NCBI GenBank assembly: GCA_052327205.1
Contig: CM126214.1
Coordinates: 24,490,001 to 24,554,000, forward strand
Reading direction: 5' to 3'
DNA from: Somniosus microcephalus
Lineage: Eukaryota
Length of the DNA stretch: 64,000 nt
Positions within the stretch are counted from its first letter, which is position 1. Each line of letters starts with the position of its first letter. The notes beneath the pieces were generated by a model. The model did not search any database and was not told the origin of the DNA. It was given only the letters and a program-made list of their open reading frames with translations. The position numbers and the translations under genes are program-made. Of this stretch, positions 26,644-38,395 are shown in pieces.

Positions 26644-26794
26644 CTGGTGGGCTTATCCTGCCACTGTTCTGCTGTCTCTGCAGATACTCTTTGTAGCAAA
26701 CTGAGCACATTCCATTGGTTCGTGGGTTGCCATAGAAACCACAGCCCGTGGTACACAGCATGGGCACCTGTGTCTGATTTGTCTCCTGGGCCAT
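26644..26794 (-). CDS. ZFAND5: ZFAND5/6-family protein, first coding exon (exon 2; A20 zinc finger)
   Basis: Encodes [50 protein letters not shown], the ZFAND5/6 A20 finger. Donor CAG|GTAAGT at 26644/26643 (phase 1); acceptor CTCTCTAATTTCAG puts the exon start at 26822. Family is certain, exact paralog is not (ZFAND5-like). Confidence 0.95.
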
Positions 26795-29700
26795 CCTGTT
26801 TTACATACACTCACTGTACAATCTGAAATTAGAGAGAGTGCAGATCAAATAGGCTGCAACCGCACATGATAAAAGCACAGTAGAATTAGACCATTTCAAT
26901 ATTACCATCTAATTTCAGACTCATCCCAAAATCCTGAACTCTTTCAGGATAAGAGAAATCTGTAAAAGTATTCTATTTAAAAATGTTTTGTGAAATCTAT
27001 GAGTGGTTGTTACCAATGTTGCAAAGGGGCAATCGAAAAACTCTTAATTTTTCACCTTGCTCCCACAGCACGTGCCAGTAGTGTAATCAGGAGGGCGGAT
27101 TTGGGATTGCGCGGCTGAATAAATCAGTAGAGTGCTGAAATTTATACCCAGAGTTTTTTAAAAATGTGATCATGTTCTTTCAACTGTATACATTATTTTC
27201 TCCCATTACAGTTAACTTCTTAAGGACCTAACTCCATGTCTCTCCTGGTATGTCCACACTTTAACATTTTGTATAAAAAATATACAGGAAGGTTAATGAA
27301 AAATCTTTGCTTTTAAGAGATTGCTAGTTAAATATACTGCAATCAAACCTGCTGTTACAACAGTCTCCTCTTGCTGCAAAAGCAGTTCAAGTCTCAAAAT
27401 TAAGTTTCTCTGTGAAAATTACTGCATCAGTTCCACAATTCTGTCACTAATGAGTTCCATACAACAACACACGAGTCTCGGTCAGAATCCAATTCAAAAA
27501 TTTCATTCCCAAAACAATGAGAGATACTGGAAGTTCCTCTGTTTGTTTAGTGGGGAAGTGCACCACAGTATCAGATTGAGCGACAGAGACGAGGAAAATT
27601 CCAGCTTCGATCCTTGGTCTGTACCAAATTAGCCGCCCGCAGCAGAGGCAACAACGACCCGGGTGCAAGCTTTCTGCTCTCATTTGTTATCTTGCGACTC
27701 CTGCTGGGAGTGAGTGCGTAGAGGCAGATGGTTCCCACAGCTCAGTAGCACCAACACTCAAAATAAAAAGCACTTGGACAAAGGTACCAATAGGCTGCTG
27801 GCAACCAGGAAATATTACCCCAAAAGGAATCATTACCTTTATAAAAAAGAGGGACCCAGGGAGAAACTGGAAGAGGGATAAAAAGGATACGAGAATTTCT
27901 CTGAAAGGCCATTGCTGGCAACAAGGCAGTTTTTTGAAAAACACAACTTTTCAGGGCTTAAAGGCTTCAGAACAGCCAGCTGAAAAATTAAAAGTCAAAG
28001 CTAAAAATGAATTTATTGCACCTTTACATTCAGACATGTGGCATTGGCAATTTCAGAAACATGTTTAAAAAACTGTCTCTATACAGCAGCACAGTAGTGC
28101 GAGTGTGTGCTGACACACAACACACAATCCATTCACAGACAATCACTAGCATAGTACACAAAGTAACAACTGTTACGCTGTGCACTGCCAACTGACAACA
28201 TTGCCCAGTCACACTCAGTGCACCAATTCCCTGCCAAATGTGCCAATCCCAATGAGACACCGGCCTTTATATGTCTTAATAGGTGGAGAGATTCCTCAAA
28301 AATATTCACACGGACTATTTTGCCCTTGCTGCATTTCACAGCTCCGGGTAGAGCCATTCAAAACTCTTTGAATTTTTGTTCTGGATTGTGCACAATCTCA
28401 TCATTTAAGTGCCAAGTAGTTCGCTGGGTCACAAAAACACTCCTTGGAATACAAATTTAGCCTCTATATCGATATAACATTTATAACAGTTCAGTATTTT
28501 CTCCTCTCCAAGCTATGCACCAACACCCCTCTTCCTCAGAAACAGCCAACTTGCTCCCAGGTTTGAGAATTTATTTGCATGTCTTCTAGGATACGCACTA
28601 GGAGTGCCCATGGTGATCATCCCCATTGTCTTTTCTCTACAGGGAAAAGAATCTGGCCGGCAACCAGTCTTGCAACGTGTCGACACCAGAGATCTCAGAC
28701 TCTCCATGCTAGGAATCTTCAGCTGAAAACCCCCTGGCAAAGCACACTAGAATGGTTTACTCCTCTTGGACAACATTTATAACATAAGAATATAAGAAAT
28801 AGGAGCAGGAATAGGCCACTTGGCCCCTCGAGCCATTCAATAAGATCATGGCTGATCTTGGGCTCAAAGCCACTTCCCTGCCCGCTCCCCATAGCCCTTC
28901 ACTCCCTTATCTTGCAAAAATCTGTCTCCACCTTAAATGTATTTAATGACCCAGCCTCCACAGCTCTCTGCGGCAGAGAATTCCACAGATTTACGACCCT
29001 CTGAGAGAAGAAATTCCTCCTCATCTCAGTTCTAAAAGGGCGACCCTTTATTCTGAAACTATGCCCCCGAGTTCTAGATTTTCCCACGAGGGGAAACATC
29101 CTCTCTGCATCTACCTTGTCGAGCCCCCTCAGTATAATATATGTTTCAATAAGATCACCTCTCAACCAAGTCAACACTACTAAACAGACTTTCTGGTTAT
29201 TGATCCCACTGCAGTTTGTGCGATATTTCTGTGCACAATTTGCCAGCCGCATTTGACTCCATTACAACAGTGACTACACTTTAAAAGTACTTTGTTGGCG
29301 GTGAAGTGCTTTACGACGTCCCAAGGACATGAAAGGTGGTATATAAATACAAGTCATTCTCTCTCAATTCAAAATTGTTTAATTTGCATTGTGTCAGGTC
29401 AAATTCAAATCAAGCAAAAACAGTCTCCTGTGCCATTTTATTAAAATAGCTTAATTTGAAGTACTGGATAATGAGGGTTTTTTGGGGGGCAAAAAAATTG
29501 TTTTGAATTAACAGCAGACTATACTCACATGCTGTACCACATCACTGGTCTTTGATGTTTTGTATCAAATCAGGATGAGAACATCTGGAACAGCATTGGG
29601 AAGATGTTCTATGTGGCTGTGTTTGTGGGAGGGGATTTTTTTTTTTTTAAAAAAAGCTTTTAGAAACTAAAATGTACAAAATTAGTGATAGGCAGAGAGA

Positions 29701-30333
29701 GATTACTTGCAAGTTAAATCTGAACACCCAGAGGGGACCCAGTAGTTTGTACAGCAGTGTAACATGCACATGACTAGTCTGACCATTTCTTCACCCCCGC
29801 TCCCTAGACAAAAAACAGTTCACTGAAGGCACAAAAGCAGCCACATAGAAGTCAATTCTGGCAAAGGTCAGAGAACAGCGTTAGCTTCGAAAAAAGGGGT
29901 TTTATTTTACAAAATGAGATAGGAAGAATGAATGCAAATAAAAGGCTGCCCACACAATTAAATGTCTTCTGAATACAGCGATTTTAAAGGATAGGGAGGA
30001 CTCAGACAAAGTTATGAGGCAAGGATTACAGTATCTTTTACTGTATGTGGGTGAAGGCATTAGCCTTAACCTGATGTGAAACTGCGTAAAGTTAACAAGT
30101 GTCATGGGAAGCACAAGAGATTAGTAGCACTAACAAATGAGTATACTAATAACAGATTTATTTATTGATGGTTTGAATTTATTGAACCATAAAAGTGGCC
30201 TGATGTTGGTCAGTACACATACAGGGTTAAACAATGAGTTTGTGTTGCAGTGCACTGAACAAAATCCTTAGACTAGGGTTAGAAGTAAATATACAACAAG
30301 AGCAACCAGCTGTAGTCTGTCGCAACAATGGTA

Positions 30334-30648
30334 CAGGAAATTTTTGATTTACCGGCACCTAAATAACCGGAAAACTCGGTTAACCGGCAAAATTCAGGAG
30401 TAGGTTCAGGTAACTTTTATTACTTGCCTTCCTCCATTTGTTGCTGTGCAAGGGTGTGGCTGCAGCTGTTGCTAAGCTACAGAGACGCTTGCAACTTGTG
30501 GCCATTGTTCTGAAGCTGCAACAGGGCTTGTTGCTTTATACGGAGCTCTCAGCTCCGTATCTTTTACTATAGCGTTCGGTTATCTGGAATTTTTGCTGAA
30601 CCGGCACCACGTCGGTCCCGTCTGTGCCAAATAAAAAAAAGTTTCCTG
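30334..30648. mobile_element. Tc1/mariner (pogo/Tigger-like) MITE
   Basis: TA TSD, TIR CAGGAAA(C/T)TTT...AAAGTTTCCTG; related copies at 55005-56807 and 11417-11695. Confidence 0.85.
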
Positions 30649-31889
30649 TATAGGGAAGGATCCAATGACCAAATTAAGCAGGTACCAAGGATGGTCTTAC
30701 CAGCAGGCACAGTAGCCATTTTTTTAAAATCTGCAAGTGTTGCTCTTACTTAGTCTGTTGGAGAGTAGGCAGAATAGTTTGCCCTCCAATTTTCCCTTCA
30801 CCTTTCTCAGGAAGTCTTCTTCAGCAGAACCTCCCAAACCCGTGGCCTCCACCACCTGGAAGGACAAGGGCAGCAGGTGCATAGGAACACCATCGCGTCC
30901 CATTTACCCCTCCAAGTCACACACCATCCTGACTTGGACATATAATCGCGGTTCCTTCATTGTCGCTAGGTCAAAATCCTGAAGCTTCCTCCCAACAGCA
31001 TTCAGAGGGCACCTTCACCACACGGACTGCAGCGGTTCAAGGCGGCCCACCACCACCAACTGCAACTTAGGATGGGCATTGCCAGCAACGCCCACATCCC
31101 AAAAATAAAGAAAGATGAAGCTCTCAACTGCACTTCAGTACCCTTCCTCAATGGCAAAGCGAAAATCAAAAAGAACTGTAGCAGCTAGTCTTTGGTACAG
31201 CACATTCGACTACCATTGTACCGTCGATCACAATTAACCTTGAGAATCAGCTCATCCAAAGCTTGCTTTAACTTGTTATTTCAACAGATCACAGGCAGGA
31301 TTTAATTTAACTTTCCAAAGTCACAGCTCAGCAGCTTTTAAGGACTTTATCTGGCAGATCTAGTCTCAGTAACTTTACTGCACTACCAAAACAAACGTAG
31401 ACCCTAAGCGACATGAGCTATCAACGACACCTTTAAGGATACCAATTGTATGCAGTCAAGGAACGTAAAGGAGTCAATATAAAACTTTGAGCTCGAGGCA
31501 TGCATTGGGCACTATCTAAAGTCCTGGAAAGTAAGAGTTTGGCATTTCTCATGCAATTCACAGCTGTTCATTTCTCTCTCCCACACACAACTGATTGTGA
31601 AGTACCATAGCATTTCCTTTGCCTTCCAAGATTAGATTGCAGGAAGAAAAGCTTAGAATGGGAGAAGAGGGAAAACATTTACTGTATTCAAGAGACATGC
31701 TAGTTTGTGCCAACTTGTACTAAAACTTGGAGCCTGCAAGAGTTTCAGGACTCAAAATGAAGGCTGAAAAAATAGCTGTGCCCAAAGAACAAACTTGCAT
31801 TTATATAGGACTTTTTGCATCCACACAGATGCGGCCGGACCTGCTGTGATTTCCAGCAAAAAAAAAGTTTTTTGTCTTTTTTTGTTTTT

Positions 31890-32200
31890 CATACAGACCC
31901 CAGCATCTGCAACATTTGACCCCTTGTGACCCCACCTCATTGTTCTTTGATGTAATGTTTTCCTGACTGACCTGTTTGGACACCATTTACACCTTTGATT
32001 GCTGTGATTATCTCTCTGCCGAGGTGTGATAAATGGCAGTTAGAAAGATTACCTGTAAACATCTGACATTATTATCTGACTATATAAGCTGTGTTTTTAT
32101 GCATCTCTCCACTTTACCTGACGAAGGAGCAGCGCTCCGAAAGCTTGTGATTTCAAATAAAGCTGTTGGACTATAACCTGGTGTTGTGTGATTTCTTACA
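31890..32200 (+). mobile_element. Second copy of the 481-832 element
   Basis: Reverse-complement match to about 520-830. Confidence 0.7.
32114..32150 (+). ncRNA. Minimal hammerhead ribozyme motif
   Basis: UUAC-CUGACGA-A-GGAGC-AGC-GCUCC-GAAA-GC-UU-GUGA. Confidence 0.7.
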
Positions 32201-33489
32201 TGCATCCTCAGGTTGCCCCAAAGCACTTCACAGCTAACAATTTATTTCTGAAGCGTAGGCAAACACAGCAGCCAATTTGCACACAGTAAGGTTCTTCAAA
32301 TATCAAATGACAACAAGTGACCAGGTTAATGGTGGCGGTGCTGGTTGAGTAACAAATAAATATTGGCTGGAACACCTCGATTCTTCTTTCAATAGTGCCA
32401 TGGGATCTTTTTATAACTGTTCATCCAAAATACAGAAACCTCAGACAATGCAGCACTCCCTCAGTTAGATTATGTGCTCAAGTCATGAATTGGGGATTGA
32501 CCCACCCCCCCACCACCACCCTAACTCAGAGGCAAGAGCACTACCACTGAAGAAAACCGGTACTAAAAACAGTAGAGAATACACAATTTTGCTAATATGG
32601 CAGCAAAGTGAACACTGTAACAAAGTCACTGGTCTAATGGACAATTTCCATCACTGGATTGGGCCAAGAATTAAACTTAAAAACCCCCTCAGTTCTGGAT
32701 TTTCTTTGAAGGGGGGGGGGGGGAAAGGGGGGAGGGCAGGGGAAGAAGGCATCTAATTGCATATTTATTATCTTTGCGGACTACAGAACGTTAGAGAGAG
32801 TCAGTATATTTAACCATGTACATAGCAAATGCCACGAGTGAACCACCCGGCACAATAAAGCTGAACTAATACCGTTAATTACTGTACCTCCTACACATTC
32901 ATATTCTGAAAACCTCCATTCAAGTTAAATGCGGAGGTTATTTAAATTAAACCACAGGAAGTTTACTAAAGAACATTCCGGAATGGATTAAAGTTGTTTT
33001 AAGAGCATTCGTTTTTAATAACCGTGTCTGCGCCAGGATTTGAACTACCCTTCCAACAATTGGCCATCAATTTGAAATGTTAACCCTACCTTCTTTCCAC
33101 AGATGCTGCCTGACCTGCTGAATGTATCCAGCATTTTCTCTGCCTACATATTGTCTTGCATTAGAAGGACAAATTAGATCAGAAAATAACAATAAATTCT
33201 GCTCATTTTCACAGTATGGTACTTGTTAAATTGGACAGATTAGACCCCAATAGTTTGAAGGCAAAAGGCAAAAACAAGAGTCAGGGAAACCAGGCACAAG
33301 AGGTTTATCATCAATGATTCCAGACAAACCTATGCCCTTTTCCAAGTAGGAATGCATCCATTCACTTTACATTCATTCTCATTTAATGCACCCTTATTAT
33401 TTGGATTTTAATTACTCAGCACCAACCCATGTTAAAACAGACAAAACAAAATATAGGCATGCCATATATACACAAAGTAAATTTATAAT

Positions 33490-34243
33490 GGCCCAGAGAT
33501 TCGGGTCGGGGGCTTCCCGTGGGTGCAAGCCTCCGGCCTGCACTTACCTTGCGCACCGGCCGTTGAGCTGTGGGCCCGCGTGGGATTCCGATCCTGGGCC
33601 TGCTCCAGCTGCCGGCGCGCAGTGCTTGCGTATCCCAGGGGCGCAGTTAGTTCGATGCGTCCCCTGGGATCACGTGGGCCATGGAGAGCCAATGGTAGCA
33701 GGGAATGCTTCATTCATAACTTTGACAGGAAGAGCTGTCAAACCTATAAATACTATAAGCCCCAAAACATCACTAAAACTTCAAATAATTTTTTTTTTAA
33801 ACCATCACATTTTTAAAATAACTATAAATTACATGAAGTAACTATTTTAAACAATAATTTAAATTTTTGAAAAAATGAATTACATTTTCTAACGGGGCTA
33901 AAAATAAACTTACCTTTCTTTAAAGTATTTAAAAATAATAAACCAGTGGAAAAAAGGTTTTAATTTTAATTAATTCACCACTTACCTTGTTAAAAGCAGG
34001 CCTTGCGCCTGCTTTTTACAAGTGTAACTGCTGGAGGCTTACCCTCCCAGAGAAACCTGCAAAAAAAACGCAAGTTCAATGCGCACGCGCTGCCTCTCCG
34101 GCACACGCGTTCGACCTCTGAACCCCTTCTTTCGGGGAACGGAAGTTCCGGTTTCCCGTGCATGCACGAAACCGGCACTTTCGTTGGGCCTACGCGCGAG
34201 TACCCCGTGTGTACTCACACGTTGGGACCCGAATTTCTGGGCC
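33490..34243. mobile_element. Harbinger-type MITE, second family
   Basis: TIR GGCCCAGAGATTCGGGTC / GACCCGAATTTCTGGGCC, flanks AAT and ATT; an inverted partial copy lies at 53226-53441. Confidence 0.75.
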
Positions 34244-35344
34244 ATTAGATTCAGTTTAAGTCTGCACGCCGGTTTGGCTCAAATGTCACTGGTTTTGAGA
34301 GTTTCAATTGGCAACACAATTACATAGCTCAGAAGATTTTCACACAGGTGCTGCAGCCCTCGATCAGTTACAGTTCTCATGTAGAAGGGAACAAGGGGGA
34401 AGATTAGGAATCATGTCCATTCTAAAACACCTTTCATCAGTAAACAGGTACTGCTGTTTATGCTAACGGTTTCTGGAGAAATTAAACAGGTTTGCTTTTT
34501 AAGCGCACCTTCCCAGTCTTGTGGTGTATCCATTTGGCTCGCGAATGGTGGGCCCCATTTCTAAGTCTTAATTAGATACACACTGCAATATAGCTACTTT
34601 AAGTTTGTATTTAAGCATTTACTGAGGCTCAGTATTGAGGCTGCTGAACCATAGTGCAATACAGAAGCTGCTCATCTGCCAACAAAGGAAAATGTTTCAT
34701 AAAAAAGGACTTACTGTTCCTGTGGGAGCACTGGTTGGTGCTGGAACAGGACTCTGTGATCCGTGAGTGTATCACACTCCTACTAGTCCATTGATAATTA
34801 TGCTGGTTTCTAACTAGCGGTGTTAGTTATGAGTCAGTGTTTCATGAAACAGAAGGGGATAAAACAAAAGGCTATTAACAAAAGGTAGAACTAGAGTTAA
34901 CAGTTTCCAGAATAATCACCCAAGCTTATTTTTTATAATTTACAAGAAATAAAGCAAACCTATTTTGAAGGACTGAGGTAAATAAAGCTGGATTTGAATC
35001 CAGACGAGTGGGTTGAAAGGGTCCTCTCCCCATCAGTTCTAAAAGTGCTACAGGAAGTGAGTTTTGGCAGCTTTAAGTTCTTAGCCGGCATAGGTGTACA
35101 ACACAAAACTCTCCACAAGGCAACGCACACAAAGCCAATTAAAAAAATAATCAGCTGGTGTGGAAAGTGGTAAATTGACTTGCAACAAGAAATTTTCTTC
35201 ACAGGATGCAAATAAAACAGGCAGCCGTACTCTTTATCTAGCCTTTATTAAACTTGACCCATATACTGGATGTCAAAAGTGTTCCTCCACTGATAAAGGG
35301 GAAAAAAAAAAATCAAAGAAATAAAAAGGAACTATTATTACCTA

Positions 35345-36847
35345 AATAACAACAGAAAACGCTGGAAAAACTCAGCAGGCCAGGGCAGCATCCGTGGAGC
35401 GAGAAACGGAGTCAACGCTTCAGGTCGAAGACCTTTCGTCAGAACTGGAAAAAAGCAGGAAATGGAACAGATTTTAAAGGAAGTTTAGGGGCTGGGAAAA
35501 GGGGAAGAAAGAACAAAAGGGAAGGTCAGTGATAGGATAGAAAGTAGGAGAGATTAAGAGACATTGAGAGGCATTAAGGAGATCTTCAAGGCAAGAGGAG
35601 GTGGTAATGGGACAGGTTAAGAAACACCTCTAGATGAGGTGTGAATTGCGCTGGCAGAATGAAGGACAGCTGCCATGTGGGAGGGAAGAAGAAAAGGGCC
35701 AAACAAAAAGTGTGGATAAAAAATATAATAAAATATATATATATATGTGATAGGGGCCGAGGTTATGATCTGAAATTGTTGAACTCTATGTTGAGTCCAG
35801 AGGGCTGTAAGGTGCCTAATCGAAAGATGAGGTGCTGTTCCTCAAGCTTACGCTGAGCTTCAGTGGAACAGTGTAAGAGGCCAAAGACGGCGAGGTCTGA
35901 GCGGGAATGGGGCGGTGAATTAAAGTGACAGGCCACCGGGAGCTCGGGGTCCCCCTTACGGACTGAACGGAGGTGTTCCGCAAAGCAGTCACCCAATCTG
36001 CGTTTGGTCTCCCCAATGTAGAGACCACATCCTGAGCAGCGAATACAGTATACTAAATTGCAAGAAGTACAAGTAAATCGCTGTTTCACCTGGAAGGGGT
36101 GTTTGGGGCCCTGGACAGTGGGAAGGGGGGAGGTATAAGGGCATGTGTTGCATCTCCTGCGCTTGCACGGGAAGGTGCCGGGAGAAGGGGAAGGGGTGCT
36201 GGGGGTGGTAGAGGAGTGGACCAGGGTGTCGCGGAGGGAGCGGTCCCTACGGAATGCTGAAAGGGGAGGGGAGGGGAAGATGCGTTTGGTGGTGGGATCA
36301 CGCTGGAGGTGGCGGAAATGGCGGAGGATGATCCGTTGAATGTGGAGGCTGGTGGGGTGAAAGGTGAGGACAAGGGGAACCCTATCGTGATTCCGGGAGG
36401 GAGGGGCAGGGGTGAGGGCAGAAGTGCGGGAGATAGAACGGACACGGTCGAGGGCCGTGTCAACCACTGTAGAGGGGAATCCCCGGTTGAGGAAAAAGGA
36501 AGACATATCGGAAGCACTGGTATGGAAGGTGGCATCGTCAGAGCAGATGCGGCAGAGACGGAGAAACTGGGAGAATGGAATAGAGTCCTTACAGGAGGCG
36601 GGGTGGGAGGAAGTGTAGTTCCAGGTAGCTGTGGAAGTCAGTGGTTGTAGTAAATGTTGGTCAATAACCTATCCCCAGAGATGGAGACGGAGAAGTCGAG
36701 GAAGGGAAGGAAAGAGTCGGAGATGGACCATGTGAAGGTGAGGGAAGGGTGGAAATTGGAAGCAAAGTGAATGACATTTTCTAGTTCAGGGCGAGAGCAG
36801 GAGACGGCACCGATACAGTCATCAATGTACCGGAAAAAGAGGTGAGG
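35345..36847 (-). mobile_element. 5'-truncated Penelope-like retroelement (RT C-terminus, GIY-YIG endonuclease, terminal region)
   Basis: FRYIDD motif near 36820; ORF 35763-36506 with C..RRCNTC, LVYCIRC..C.LYIGET.R....EH and GLN. Confidence 0.9.
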
Positions 36848-37949
36848 CTATGACCTTTTGGTTGTAGCACCAACAGGAATAATAACTGCTGTTGTTGTCA
36901 CTTGCACAAGTATTCTGCACTTGCCACAGATTGACTGACTGGAAGGACATGTACTACCCTTCTCCCCCAATGTTGCAATTTCTTTCAGTCCATTCATATC
37001 AACAGATAGACATTTTTGCTAATTGAAGATTGCTCTTGAAGAAATACAGAGTTTCACTGTGAACCCTGTCATATCTGACATAATTCCTTAGCGTCAAACC
37101 TGCTACATACAAGGGCTGCGAGATCCAATTGTTTTGATAAATCAAATGGTTACTATAATTGAAACACAAGAGTCAGGTGAGATTATAGAAATAGCAGCAT
37201 TTGTTGGTTAAGGATGGAGTGTTGTCATCCGCGTGTTTAATATCCCATTTATTTCACAGGATTGCCTATTGGAATGATATAATGGGGTGACCCTGGAAAG
37301 CTGTCACTTGTGGGAGACAAATTGCGGTAGTATGTAGGTATGATCCATCATTTTGGGTTTGCATGCAGCAGGCCATCTTCTCAGTTCACCCATACAGGCA
37401 ACCTCTGCTCTCTGGATTCACATGTGCACAATTGCTTTAAAGTTATATTTACGCAGTTGCTCCAAATGCAGTTACCTGCTGTTGCCAGTCCAAAAACAAA
37501 TAAGGCAGACTAAACAGGAAAAGAACCGGCTTCTATTAGAACAGAAGTTCTGTAAAACTAAGGGAGGGGTGGGTGTGTGCGCTTGTGACGTTCTGGCCAA
37601 TTTGAAGCCAAGGCACCCCACTGAGATTAGCTTAATTGGCATAGACCCCTTTCAGTCTACGTAACTGCCGGCAACAGCAAGTTGTGTAATTAATCTGTTC
37701 CATTTGCCTTGGGGAAGGCTGCAACTTCAGCAGTAATGCTGTAAGGTAAACAAGGTACTGTAGTGAGGCCCAGAGAGGCAACTTTCCCTAGCACAAATGT
37801 CATTACCCATTTTTTCAAGCTTTAACCAGCACACCTACTACAGTAGTGCCTTTTCTCTCTTTAGACAGACTAAAACTGCCACCCCCACCAAATCAGAGAC
37901 CAATATGATCTTCCTCAGCCTTCAAGGAAAATTCGGTAAGAAAAACTTA

Positions 37950-38395
37950 AGACTTACATTTATATAACGCCTTTCACGACCACCGGACATCCCAAAGTGC
38001 TTTAAAGCCAATTAAGTACTTTTTTGAAGTGTAGTCATTGTTGTAATGTAGGAAATGCGGCAGCCAATTGGCACACAGTAAGCTCCCACAAACAGCAACA
38101 TGATAATGACCAGATAATCTGTTTTAGTGACATTGATTGAGGGATAAATATTGGCCAGGACACCGGGGATAAGCGCTTCTTCAAAATAGTGCTGTGGGAT
38201 CTTTTACGTCCACCTGAGAGCGCAGACAGGGCCTTGGTTTAACGTCGCATCCGAAAGACGGCACCTCCGACAGCGCAGCACTCCCTCAGCACTGCACTGG
38301 AGTGTCAGCCTAGATTTTTGTGTTGAAGTGAGCCTTGAACCCACAACCTTCTGGATCAGTGGTGAGGGTGCTACCCACTGAGCCACAGCCGACAC
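37950..38395 (-). mobile_element. tRNA-headed Deu-type (SacSINE-like) SINE with an L2-type tail; degraded relatives at 9297-9664, 29165-29355 and 32200-32550
   Basis: Head GGCTCAGTGGGTAGC...GGGTTCAAG, body CAGTGCAGTGCTGAGGGAGTGCTG, tail AAAGGCGTTATATAAATG. Confidence 0.7.

Noticed and set aside
36086-36650. Pro-rich and Gly/Glu-rich ORFs
   Set aside because: Alternative and antisense frames of the Penelope ORF.
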